Origin: an uncultured Eubacteriales bacterium
GTDB taxonomy: Bacteria; Bacillota; Clostridia; Christensenellales; UBA1242
Assembly (NCBI GenBank): GCA_900321185.1
Contig: ONVD01000024.1
Location: 1-60,482 of the forward strand
Direction of reading: 5' to 3'
Length of the DNA stretch: 60,482 bases
Below the pieces are notes generated by a model. It was not told where the DNA came from and ran no database searches. It saw nothing but the letters and a program-made list of their open reading frames with translations. The position numbers were made by a program, and so were the translations under genes. Below, piece by piece: positions 36,451 to 45,681 of the stretch (positions are counted from its first letter, which is position 1; every line of letters starts with the position of its first letter).

Positions 36451-37977
36451 ATGAAGACAAAAAATCCAGTCTTGGGTATCATCTTAGATGGTTTTGGCGT
36501 TCGCGATGAGAGCGACGGCAATCCATTCTTTTTTGCTAAGATGCCGAACTACAAAAAGATATTAGTAGATTTCCCCAACATTCGCATAAACGCTAGTGGC
36601 AAATATGTTGGCTTACCAGATGGACAAATGGGTAATAGCGAAGTTGGACACATCAACCTAGGTGCTGGTCGAGTGGTTTATCAGGACTATATGCGTATAA
36701 CAAACGCTATAAATGACGGTACTTTGCAACAAAATAAAACTCTTGTGCAAATGTTTGAACGTGTCAAACAAAAAGGTAGTACTTTGCACTTTATAGGGTT
36801 AGTATCAAATGGTGGAGTGCATAGTGACGTCGCACATTTGTTAAATTTGTTGGATATTGTTGCACAAAATGGAATTAAGCGCGTGTTGGTGCATTGCGTA
36901 ACCGATGGGCGAGATACAGGAGTACAGACAGGCAAAGGTTTTGCAAAACAGGTGGAAGACAAGTTGACTAGTTTGGGACTCGGACATATTGTAACTGTGG
37001 TTGGTAGATTTTTTGCTATGGACCGCGAATCTCGTTGGAACCGTACAAAAGAGGCGTTTGATTTGTTTGTTTACGGCAATACAAAGGCGAGATTTGATAC
37101 TTACGAGCATGCTTTTGATTCTGCATACTCACAAAATATTAGTGATGAGTATATCAAGCCTTGTACTGTATGTAACTATGTAGGAATGCAAGACGGTGAT
37201 GAAGTGTTCTTTTTTAATTTTCGCCCAGACCGTATGCGTCAATTAACCAATGCTTTTTGTAACTCAAAATTTTCAGGATTTGACCGTGGAAGGATGCCCA
37301 AGGTTACCTGTACATCTATGTGCTGTTATGACGAAACTCAACATAATTTGCCATGCTTATTTGAGCAAGAAATTGTCAAAAATACGCTCTCTAGTGTTGT
37401 TTCGAGTAATGGGTTAAAACAACTAAAAGTTGCCGAAACAACCAAATATGCGCATGTTACGTATTATCTCAATGGTGGAGTCGAAAAGCCATACAAAGGC
37501 GAAGACCGTATTTTGATAGAGAGTGAATTTGTAGATGATTTTGCCAAATTCCCACAAATGCGTGCTAGAGAAATTGCAAAAGTATTGGTAGACAATATTA
37601 AAACAGGTGTTTATGACCTCATAATTGTTAATTTTAGCAATGCAGATATGGTAGGACATAGAGGGGATATGCATGCTAGCATCAAAGCATTGGAGGTTTT
37701 GGACGAATGTTTGGGCAAAGTTGTGGAATGTGCCCAAAACCATGGTGTCACTTGCGTTATTACAGCTGACCATGGTAATATTGAGGATGAGCGAACTTCA
37801 AACGGCAGAGCCACAACACATACCACCAACCCCGTGCCTTTTATAATTACTGACAAAAAAATGACACTCAAAAATGGTGATTTTGGGTTGGATTGTTTTG
37901 CTCCTACTGTCTTAGATATTTTAGATATCAAAAAACCTGCCGAAATGACAGGAGATTCGGTAATAAAGATAAAGTAA
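36451..37977 (+). CDS. gpmI: 2,3-bisphosphoglycerate-independent phosphoglycerate mutase
   Basis: Start trimmed to MKTKNPVLGIILDGFG after AAGGAG. GNSEVGH, NFSNADMVGH and ITADHGN motifs. Confidence 0.95.
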   Translation: MKTKNPVLGIILDGFGVRDESDGNPFFFAKMPNYKKILVDFPNIRINASGKYVGLPDGQMGNSEVGHINLGAGRVVYQDYMRITNAINDGTLQQNKTLVQMFERVKQKGSTLHFIGLVSNGGVHSDVAHLLNLLDIVAQNGIKRVLVHCVTDGRDTGVQTGKGFAKQVEDKLTSLGLGHIVTVVGRFFAMDRESRWNRTKEAFDLFVYGNTKARFDTYEHAFDSAYSQNISDEYIKPCTVCNYVGMQDGDEVFFFNFRPDRMRQLTNAFCNSKFSGFDRGRMPKVTCTSMCCYDETQHNLPCLFEQEIVKNTLSSVVSSNGLKQLKVAETTKYAHVTYYLNGGVEKPYKGEDRILIESEFVDDFAKFPQMRAREIAKVLVDNIKTGVYDLIIVNFSNADMVGHRGDMHASIKALEVLDECLGKVVECAQNHGVTCVITADHGNIEDERTSNGRATTHTTNPVPFIITDKKMTLKNGDFGLDCFAPTVLDILDIKKPAEMTGDSVIKIK

Positions 37978-38026
37978 TATTGACAAACAAAAAGTTTGTT
38001 GCTATAATGTTTGCAAAGGAGAAATT

Positions 38027-38266
38027 ATGTCTGTAAGCCTTGTTGCCAATTTTTTTAACACTGTACTAAATAACTGCGTTAGGGATATCCCAGATGGAAT
38101 TAGGTGGGTGATTATTATCTTGTCTGTAGTAGGTATGTTTTTGTTTTTTGCTTTGTCAATCAATAAAGATAAAGGTAGTGACAAACATCCCATTAAGGTG
38201 ACTTACCTAATCTTGTCTATTTTGTGTTTGGGTATTTTGATTTTGTACACCTCTTTTAGGGCATAA
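38027..38266 (+). CDS. hypothetical small membrane protein (79 aa)
   Basis: AAAGGAG RBS and two hydrophobic helices. Confidence 0.5.
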   Translation: MSVSLVANFFNTVLNNCVRDIPDGIRWVIIILSVVGMFLFFALSINKDKGSDKHPIKVTYLILSILCLGILILYTSFRA

Positions 38267-38368
38267 ACAAATCAAATTTGGATAAATTGTACAAAAACGC
38301 TTGAACAATTGCGTTATCTATGGTACAATATCGTATTATTATCTTATTATTCCGACATTGGAGGGCTT

Positions 38369-38680
38369 ATGTTTAGTTTCAGTTTGCTTGGGGCTTTGGA
38401 CCCAGGTGTAGCCAACGCTGTGAGCATTATTCAATATATCATTGTGGCCATTATTGCACTTTGTGCTTTGGCAATTATCTTTTTGGTGCTTTTTCAAAAA
38501 AGCAACAGTGATGGTGGGCTAAATGCAATTAGCGGAGTGCAGGAGACTTATTTTGCACACAATAAAGGCAAGACACGTGATGGCATTTTGCGTAAACTCA
38601 CAGTGATATTTGCCATTATTATTGCGGTTTTGGCAATTTTGTATTGGGTTAGCCTATACATTTACAATCCGTTTGTTTAA
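38369..38680 (+). CDS. secG: preprotein translocase subunit SecG
   Basis: Start trimmed to MFSF after GGAGGG. Two TM helices with the central LFQKSNSDGGLNAISG motif (compare LLQ.gKg.GL...GG). Position before rnr-smpB is typical. Confidence 0.75.
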   Translation: MFSFSLLGALDPGVANAVSIIQYIIVAIIALCALAIIFLVLFQKSNSDGGLNAISGVQETYFAHNKGKTRDGILRKLTVIFAIIIAVLAILYWVSLYIYNPFV

Positions 38681-38743
38681 TTTTTGAGAAAGGGGGGAGT
38701 GTTACGCCCTCTTTTTATTGTTTTTTAAAAAAGGAAAAATTTT

Positions 38744-40846
38744 ATGCAAGAGATTATTGATTTTATTCAACATCATAGTTTGGATTACCAAACAAAGCCT
38801 ACAATTGCAAAAGCAGTTAGCGAAGGTCTTGGTATTAGTTACACAGAGGCATATAGTGCCATAAACAATATGATTGACAACGGAGATATTTGTCAAGTTG
38901 GCAATATGGGTAAACTAGCACTATCTAGGACTTTGGGATACAAGCGAGGTAAACTAACAGGCAATGCCAAAGGTTTTGCTTTTGCGCACATTTTGGATGA
39001 GGATGTACCTGATGTATTTATACCACACTGTTCGTTAAAAAATGCTTTGCACAAAGATACAGTATTACTTTCTGTCAAACCAAAAGGTGACCAATTTGAG
39101 GGAGAGGTCATCAAAATCTTGGCGCGCAATAACTTAAATATTGTGGGTAAATTGGATTATGTTAAGCGTGGTCTTGCCTTTGTAAAACCAGATGATGTAC
39201 ATTATTTTAGTGACATCATGGTTAGGAATGCTGAAAAAATGCACGCTTTAGATGGAGATAAAGTGGTATGCCGCATCAAATCGTATAACACTGGCGACAA
39301 AAACCCCTTTGGAGAGATTACCGAAGTTTTGGGGCATGACGATACTCCAACACTTGCAATGCTGTCAATTATTCGCGAAAATAACTTGTATGAAGAATTT
39401 CCAAAAGATGTTCTAGCAGAGGCAAAGACTCAACCTCAAACTGTATCTGAGGAAGCAAAAAAGGATCGCGTGGACTTTAGGAATGACCATGTTGTAACAA
39501 TAGATGGTGAAGATGCAAAAGACCTAGATGATGCGGTGTGTGTAACCAAAAATGACGATGGTAGTTATGTCCTCAAGGTGCATATTGCAGATGTATCAAA
39601 TTATGTCAAGTATAATAGTTTGCTTGACCAAGAGGCGTTTAAACGTGCCACGAGTGTGTATTTTCCTAATCTTGTTTATCCAATGTTGCCTCGTGAATTG
39701 TCTAATGGTATATGTTCACTTAACCCTCACGAAGATAGGCTAACATTGTCAGTTGTGATGGATATAGACAAAAAAGGTAATGTCACAAACTACAAGATTT
39801 GTGAAGGGCTTATTCGTACATGTGAGCGAATGACTTATACTGACGTCTATGCAATTTTGCAAGATGACCCAGAGACATGCAAGAGATATGATTATCTAGT
39901 ACAAGACTTTAAAAACATGGAGAGTTTGCATCATTTATTGGAGGACAACCGAAAAAAGCGTGGTGCACTAAATTTTGATTTGCCAGAATGTAAATTTGAG
40001 ATGGATGACGAAGGACATGTCTTGGAGGTCAAACTCTATGAGCGTAATGTAGCACATATGATGATAGAGTCATTTATGTTGATTACCAACGAAGTTGTTG
40101 CCGAAGCAATGTACAAACGTGAGATTCCATTCATCTTCCGTGTACACGAGCAACCAGATGCTGAAAAAATGAACGAGTTTTTCAATTTTATCAGTGGTTT
40201 TAAGTTAAAAGTTAACAATACTCCAGACAAAGTTACACCAAAAGACTTGCAATTGTTATTGCATAAGATTGAGGGGCAACCATACGAGAGTATGATCAAT
40301 CAAGTTATGTTACGTAGTCTGCAAAAGGCAAGATATGCTAGCAAAAACCTAGGTCATTTTGGTATTGCTGCAAAGTATTATTGCCACTTTACATCTCCTA
40401 TTCGCAGATATCCAGATTTGGCAATACATAGAATTATTAAGTCAGTTGTTTTGCGTAAACCAGACCCAGATTGGTACGAATTTCTCAAAGATTGGGTAGT
40501 AGATGCAAGTTTGCAATCTAGTGACCGTGAGAAACTTGCTGAGACTGCCGAACGCGAAGTAGATGACCTAAAGAAGGCAGAATATATGCAAGGACATTTG
40601 CAAGAAGAGTTTGAAGGTGTTGTTACTGGAGTAACATCTTTTGGTGTGTTTGTGGAATTACCAAACACCATTGAAGGGTTATGCACTATGGAAAATTTAC
40701 CCGAAGACAATTACATTTTATTTGAAAAAGCTTACAAACTTTCTGGTAGCAAACATAGTTATCATTTGGGTGAAAAAGTGCGAGTACGCAACGTGGAAGT
40801 AAATTTATTAAAACGCCAAATTACCTTTAAAATGTTGACAGAGTAG
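38744..40846 (+). CDS. rnr: ribonuclease R
   Basis: 700 aa. RNB catalytic region (DGEDAKDLDDAV, HFGIAAKYYCHFTSPIRRYPDL) and a C-terminal S1 domain (FEGVVTGVTSFGVFVEL). Confidence 0.94.
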   Translation: MQEIIDFIQHHSLDYQTKPTIAKAVSEGLGISYTEAYSAINNMIDNGDICQVGNMGKLALSRTLGYKRGKLTGNAKGFAFAHILDEDVPDVFIPHCSLKNALHKDTVLLSVKPKGDQFEGEVIKILARNNLNIVGKLDYVKRGLAFVKPDDVHYFSDIMVRNAEKMHALDGDKVVCRIKSYNTGDKNPFGEITEVLGHDDTPTLAMLSIIRENNLYEEFPKDVLAEAKTQPQTVSEEAKKDRVDFRNDHVVTIDGEDAKDLDDAVCVTKNDDGSYVLKVHIADVSNYVKYNSLLDQEAFKRATSVYFPNLVYPMLPRELSNGICSLNPHEDRLTLSVVMDIDKKGNVTNYKICEGLIRTCERMTYTDVYAILQDDPETCKRYDYLVQDFKNMESLHHLLEDNRKKRGALNFDLPECKFEMDDEGHVLEVKLYERNVAHMMIESFMLITNEVVAEAMYKREIPFIFRVHEQPDAEKMNEFFNFISGFKLKVNNTPDKVTPKDLQLLLHKIEGQPYESMINQVMLRSLQKARYASKNLGHFGIAAKYYCHFTSPIRRYPDLAIHRIIKSVVLRKPDPDWYEFLKDWVVDASLQSSDREKLAETAEREVDDLKKAEYMQGHLQEEFEGVVTGVTSFGVFVELPNTIEGLCTMENLPEDNYILFEKAYKLSGSKHSYHLGEKVRVRNVEVNLLKRQITFKMLTE

Positions 40847-40927
40847 GTCGAAAATCGCCAATATCAAAAAAAATTGCAAAAAGGTATTGAAATAATATAA
40901 GTTATATGTTATAATATGGGAGTAGCA

Positions 40928-41371
40928 ATGAGAGTTATTACTACTAACAAACGCGCAAACTTTGAATATTTTGTGCTACAAAAATTTAATGCAGGGATTG
41001 CTCTCGAGGGCGGTGAGGTCAAATCCGTCCGCGCAGGACATATTTCTATCAACGATGCATACGTTATTATTAGGCAAGGTGAAGCGTTCCTTATCAACTC
41101 AAACATCAAGGCATATTCGTTTTCAAGAGTACCTTGTGATGAGAGACGGGCACGCAAGCTTTTGCTCAATCGTTCGGAGTTGGATTTTTTGTCTGCAAAA
41201 GTCTCGACAAAGGGTCTAACGATTGTTCCGCTAAAAGTTTATTTTGAGGGACAATATGTCAAGATAGAGATTGGATTGTGCAAGGGTAAACAACTGTATG
41301 ACAAGCGCAATGTTATCAAACAGCGCGACATTAGGCGCGACATCGAACGAGAAATCAAAGGAAATACCTAG
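40928..41371 (+). CDS. smpB: SsrA-binding protein
   Basis: NKRANFEYFVLQKFNAGIALEGGEVKSVR...KLLLNRSEL...VPLKVYF...KIEIGLCKGK. Directly precedes the tmRNA. Confidence 0.94.
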   Translation: MRVITTNKRANFEYFVLQKFNAGIALEGGEVKSVRAGHISINDAYVIIRQGEAFLINSNIKAYSFSRVPCDERRARKLLLNRSELDFLSAKVSTKGLTIVPLKVYFEGQYVKIEIGLCKGKQLYDKRNVIKQRDIRRDIEREIKGNT

Positions 41372-41379
41372 ATTTTTTA

Positions 41380-41771
41380 GGGGATGTTAGGGCTTTGACA
41401 GACAATGTGAGCAACTGATGGCATACTGCAGGTTCGTCTGCATTAATAACGAAAATTAAATGTAAACGCAAACAAAAACGTTTCTTACGCAAGCCCACGC
41501 ACTGCGTTCGCTTATGCGTACTAATCTGATTTAAGTTTTATTAAATCTGCCACCAACAAGTCGTTTGGCAATCGGGGCTTATTGAATGGTATCAACCGAC
41601 CGAAAAGCTCAACTTTTGGCTTGTTTGGGGCCTTGGGTTGTAATTACCAAACTTTGCACTCAACACCTGTCATTTGGTTAGTCGATTAGCAAGATTTATA
41701 AAATGACTAAGTATGTAGATGTCAGTTGGGCAGTTGCTTGGACATGGGTTCGACTCCCATCATCTCCACCA
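41380..41771 (+). ncRNA. ssrA: transfer-messenger RNA (tmRNA)
   Basis: 5' GGGGATGTTAGGGCTTTGACAG and 3' GGACATGGGTTCGACTCCCATCATCTCCACCA (tRNA-Ala-like acceptor/T-arm with CCA). Lies 9 nt after smpB. Candidate tag ORF GCA AAC AAA AAC ... GCG TAC TAA around 41469-41525. Confidence 0.9.
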
Positions 41772-41815
41772 TTTGTGACAAAATTTCAAAAGATTATCAA
41801 AGGGGTAAATTTATT

Positions 41816-42946
41816 ATGAGTTTTATTGATGCATTATTGGCGGTATTAATAGTTATTGTATTCGTGGCTGTCGTGGCAGTTGTGATTGCCTTGATTGTTG
41901 ACTTGTTTTTGGCTATTGTATCACCTAACACGAGGGGGTTGTTTTTCCGCCGTAACGCCAAAGAGGGTCAAAAACGACCAAAAATGGTAGAATCGGCTGA
42001 CACCAATACTGTTACTTTGGACGAATATGAGTCAAAGGATAAACAAGAAAAACAAGCGCAAACTGTGAACAATTGGGACGAAAATTTGGTTACTGCTGAG
42101 CAACAACAACTTTTGAGCGGTGAGTCTGTACCAAGATTAGAGTCCAAGAATGCAGATGCAGAGCGTGAGCAAAACATTGATGTTCGTCAGCAACAAATGC
42201 AAGACTTTGATGCGTTATTTGATGAAGACGAAGATGCTAACAATGATGACATTACAGCCATGATTCAAGAGATTAATGACGAATCTGTAAAAGAGTTTTA
42301 TGCAGAACCAGCAAGACCAGCAGAAGATTCAAAATCTGAGGTTAAGGCAGAGACAACAGAGGGCGACGAAGGTGACGAGGGCGCAGAAATGTTAAAGAGT
42401 CAACCTGCAACCGCTGAGAAAAATGAAGTGGTAGAGCCTGTTCAGACCGCTGAAGAAAAACACATAGAGCAAGATAATGTTGTTGTTCCTGCATCTATCT
42501 ATTCAACTTTGACATTAGAGCAACTCAATGCTAGGCTCGAAAAACTCAACGAGAGATTAAAGGTTAACGAAAAAGAGTTAAAGGCAAATCGCAAAGAATA
42601 CCTTCCTCTAGCACGTGTTAAAAAGACTTTGGATCGTGACGAGCAAAAATTACGTCGTCGTGAGGCTATTGTAGCACGCAAAAAAGTTATCTTGTATGGT
42701 GTAAACAATTATGTTGACATTGACGAAGAAAAGGCAAAAAAATTGTCCGAAGACTTGGATTTGCTTGACGGACTTAGATTGTCTGTTCAGCACTGCGAAG
42801 ATGTTATGGCAACCAACAAGGATAGATATCCTTTGCTTGAGACAACCAACAAGATTTTGGTTCAAGTTAATCGTGACCTAAAGGACGATATTGCCGAGGT
42901 TCAAGATGCCATTACTGCTTATAAAAAAGCACACCCTGATGAATAA
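41816..42946 (+). CDS. membrane-anchored acidic coiled-coil protein, unknown function
   Basis: Track ORF 41726-42946 begins inside the tmRNA, so it is trimmed to MSFIDALL after AAAGGGG. One N-terminal TM helix, an E/D/Q-rich linker and a C-terminal coiled coil. Confidence 0.6.
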   Translation: MSFIDALLAVLIVIVFVAVVAVVIALIVDLFLAIVSPNTRGLFFRRNAKEGQKRPKMVESADTNTVTLDEYESKDKQEKQAQTVNNWDENLVTAEQQQLLSGESVPRLESKNADAEREQNIDVRQQQMQDFDALFDEDEDANNDDITAMIQEINDESVKEFYAEPARPAEDSKSEVKAETTEGDEGDEGAEMLKSQPATAEKNEVVEPVQTAEEKHIEQDNVVVPASIYSTLTLEQLNARLEKLNERLKVNEKELKANRKEYLPLARVKKTLDRDEQKLRRREAIVARKKVILYGVNNYVDIDEEKAKKLSEDLDLLDGLRLSVQHCEDVMATNKDRYPLLETTNKILVQVNRDLKDDIAEVQDAITAYKKAHPDE

Positions 42947-42970
42947 TTGAGGAATCTAAATAAATTTTTG

Positions 42971-42997
42971 AAGACACAATATTTTTGTGTCTTTTTT
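42971..42997 (+). terminator. terminator after the coiled-coil protein gene
   Basis: AAGACACAA-tattt-TTGTGTCTT followed by TTTT. Confidence 0.75.
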
Positions 42998-43054
42998 ATT
43001 TTGTAAAATTGATAACTTGTGTTACAATTGATTAGTAACGTTATTGAGGTAAAG

Positions 43055-44074
43055 ATGAGTAATTTTTTTAATAAATTATTTGGTAAGAAAAAAGATGAAC
43101 AACAACCAATTGACGTGGATACGTCCACTGCTAAGAGTTCGCTAAAATTAGGACTTGCATTGTCCGGTGGAGGTACGCGAGGGCTGGCATATTTGGGTGC
43201 TTTTAGGGCTTTAGAAGAGAATGGAGTACATTTTGATTATGTATCTGGCACGAGCGTAGGTTCGTTAATGGGAGCAGTGTACGCTAGCAAGATTTCTTTA
43301 GACGAATTAGAACAAAAAGCAAAGTCCGTTACATCCAAGGATATTTTGACTAATCACTTTAAGTTCATGCCTAGTGGAACGCAAAAATTTAGTACTTTTA
43401 TAAAAAGTGTTTTGGACGGTAAGGGTTTTGGTGATTTTGAGATTCCTTTGACAATAGTTGCCACAGATATTATATCTGGTAACGAGATTTGGATTAATCA
43501 AGGTGACATAGGTGACGCTATTGCTGGTAGTTGTGCAGTACCTTTTATTTTTAAGCCAGTAGAGTTTAATGGATACAGACTCTATGATGGAGGATTAGTG
43601 AACAATATACCAGCGGATGTTGTTAGAGACATGGGGGCAGACATAGTCATTGCGTTTGATATCAACCCAGAGCGTGGATTTGGCACAGACAGCACAAAAA
43701 CTTGGGAAGAATTAAAGGCAGCATTGCGTATATTGATGAAATCCAACTCGGTCAATGGTTATGTCTACTCGGATGCTGTAGTCAAGATAGACTTGAGTAA
43801 TTATGACCGCACAAAGCTGGATGATGTGGATGGACTCATTAGAGAGGGGTATGAACAAACCATAAAGCAAATGCCCGAGATATTGAGAGCTATCCGAAAA
43901 TCTAAGCCTGATGAAGATATTAAAAAGACGGAGCGTAGACTTAAAAATATGATTAAGACTCGCAAAAAATTTGAGCGTCGTCAACAAAAGTTGATAGATA
44001 AAGGTGTTATTGTGGACGTAAACCAAAAGCGCAATAATGCACGAGTCGTTATACAAACAGGAGAAGATGAATAA
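43055..44074 (+). CDS. patatin-like phospholipase
   Basis: GLALSGGGTRG oxyanion motif, GTSVGS nucleophile elbow and a downstream DGG catalytic Asp. Lys-rich C-terminus. Confidence 0.85.
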   Translation: MSNFFNKLFGKKKDEQQPIDVDTSTAKSSLKLGLALSGGGTRGLAYLGAFRALEENGVHFDYVSGTSVGSLMGAVYASKISLDELEQKAKSVTSKDILTNHFKFMPSGTQKFSTFIKSVLDGKGFGDFEIPLTIVATDIISGNEIWINQGDIGDAIAGSCAVPFIFKPVEFNGYRLYDGGLVNNIPADVVRDMGADIVIAFDINPERGFGTDSTKTWEELKAALRILMKSNSVNGYVYSDAVVKIDLSNYDRTKLDDVDGLIREGYEQTIKQMPEILRAIRKSKPDEDIKKTERRLKNMIKTRKKFERRQQKLIDKGVIVDVNQKRNNARVVIQTGEDE

Positions 44075-45390
44075 TGGCAAAAAGCAAAACAAAAGGTGTT
44101 CGATTTACAAAAACTAGAGTTATTATCTTTTTGGTGATTGCTGTAATCTTAGGTGTTAGTATGCTGTTTAGTGCACAGATAGATAACTTATATCAACAAA
44201 TGGTGGGCAATACGAATGTGGCAACATCAGACGAGATTTTGGCCAACAGTAAACTCTCGATAAATTACGTCAATGTCGGACAGGGTGACTGTATTATGGT
44301 CAATTTGCCTGACGACAAAAATATGATTATTGATGCTGGACAAACACAAGGAGATGACGAGACAACTACGGAGCATGTGATTGAATATGCCAAGGCAAAT
44401 GTTATACAAGATGGACAAAAGTTCGACTACATGGTGTTGACACACGCACACTTAGACCATGTTAGTATGTTAGACAACGTGTTAGAGGAGTTTGATGTTG
44501 GCATTGTCGTACGCCCACCAGAGTTTTATCAAAGTGACACTGACGAGGAATTAACAAACAAAGAAACAGAACTGGCTAATAAGGTTGGTGCTACGATAAA
44601 ATCTTCTTACAATACCACCAAAACTGCTACTATGCGAAGATTCTTAAATGATGCCTACAACGAGCCTAATTGCGAAATGCTGGTTACGAATGATGAAATA
44701 GTGTGGGAAGGGCAAGATGATGAGGGTAATACTTATACTATCAAGTTTTATACTATAGATATGGAAAAATACTACAATCCACCAAGTGAAAGTGCTTTCA
44801 CGAATGAAAACAACTATTCACCATTAATTGTCCTTACTTACAAAGGGCATTCTATCGCTTTTACTGGTGACGGTGAAAAGGAAAGCGAACAAGCTTTGAT
44901 AGAAAAATATGGCTCAGCGCTACCTAACGTAGATTTTATGGACCTAGCACATCACGGCAGTCGTACTGGTAACATCGCGGAGTTTATAGAGGCTCTTGAC
45001 CCTGAATATGCTATTGTATCAGTAGGAAAGAACAATAGTTATGGCTTGCCAGACGAAGAGGTCTACGAGATACTCAAAAACTATGACCCAGAGTTTGCTA
45101 ACAGAATATTCTCTACGGCAGATTATGGTGACATCGTGATAGGATTTAACTACATAGCACCAACGACAGGAGAGGATTTGGACGATTCAACCAAGACTGC
45201 CAGTACGTCAAACAATACATTGGTAACTAATGGAGATGTGGCAGTTGGGATAAGTTCGGGTGAATATAGTTCGCAAACCGTTATCAAATGGTGGTACATA
45301 GCCCTCGGCTTGATTGTTTTGTCGGCTATTTTGATATTCTTAACTCCATCAAAACAAAAGAAACTAATCAAAAAATTAAACAAAAAATAG
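44074..45390 (+). CDS. membrane-anchored MBL-fold hydrolase, ComEC C-terminal (Lactamase_B) type
   Basis: YVNVGQGDCIMV, THAHLDHV and LAHHGS motifs. N- and C-terminal TM helices. Start overlaps the patatin stop (TAATG). Confidence 0.75.
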   Translation: MAKSKTKGVRFTKTRVIIFLVIAVILGVSMLFSAQIDNLYQQMVGNTNVATSDEILANSKLSINYVNVGQGDCIMVNLPDDKNMIIDAGQTQGDDETTTEHVIEYAKANVIQDGQKFDYMVLTHAHLDHVSMLDNVLEEFDVGIVVRPPEFYQSDTDEELTNKETELANKVGATIKSSYNTTKTATMRRFLNDAYNEPNCEMLVTNDEIVWEGQDDEGNTYTIKFYTIDMEKYYNPPSESAFTNENNYSPLIVLTYKGHSIAFTGDGEKESEQALIEKYGSALPNVDFMDLAHHGSRTGNIAEFIEALDPEYAIVSVGKNNSYGLPDEEVYEILKNYDPEFANRIFSTADYGDIVIGFNYIAPTTGEDLDDSTKTASTSNNTLVTNGDVAVGISSGEYSSQTVIKWWYIALGLIVLSAILIFLTPSKQKKLIKKLNKK

Positions 45391-45410
45391 TTAACTATTC
45401 GTAAAATTAA

Positions 45411-45445
45411 AAAATATTGGCAAATTGCCAATATTTTTGTTTTTA
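45411..45445 (+). terminator. terminator after the MBL hydrolase gene
   Basis: AATATTGGCA-aat-TGCCAATATT followed by TTTGTTTTT. Confidence 0.75.
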
Positions 45446-45561
45446 AATATTTTTGTAAGTTTATAAATATTGTAAAAAAATAACTATCCTAAAAATAAGT
45501 ATATTACTAATTTTGTGTGCATAATTATAATTTTTTATGTATTTAAATTTATTTTATAAAC

Positions 45562-45607
45562 CACAATATTTTGTGCATAATGTACAAAAATACACTATAT
45601 ATAGTAT
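45562..45607 (+). promoter_or_regulatory. tandem NrdR boxes upstream of nrdD
   Basis: CACAATATTTTGTG (45562-45575) and ACACTATATATAGTAT (45592-45607) both fit the NrdR consensus acaCwAtATaTwGtgt. Centres are ~31 bp apart, the usual tandem spacing. Confidence 0.65.
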
Positions 45608-45681
45608 TTTTATTAAAAATGTTTGACTATATTTTGATTAATGATTATAATTTTTATATATCATCAGGAGGACATGGACAA

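Noticed and set aside
41726-41815. N-terminal extension of ORF 41726-42946 (MGSCLDMGSTPIIST...).
   Set aside because: It overlaps the 3' T-arm/acceptor of the tmRNA. The downstream ATG at 41816 has a proper RBS and begins the TM helix.
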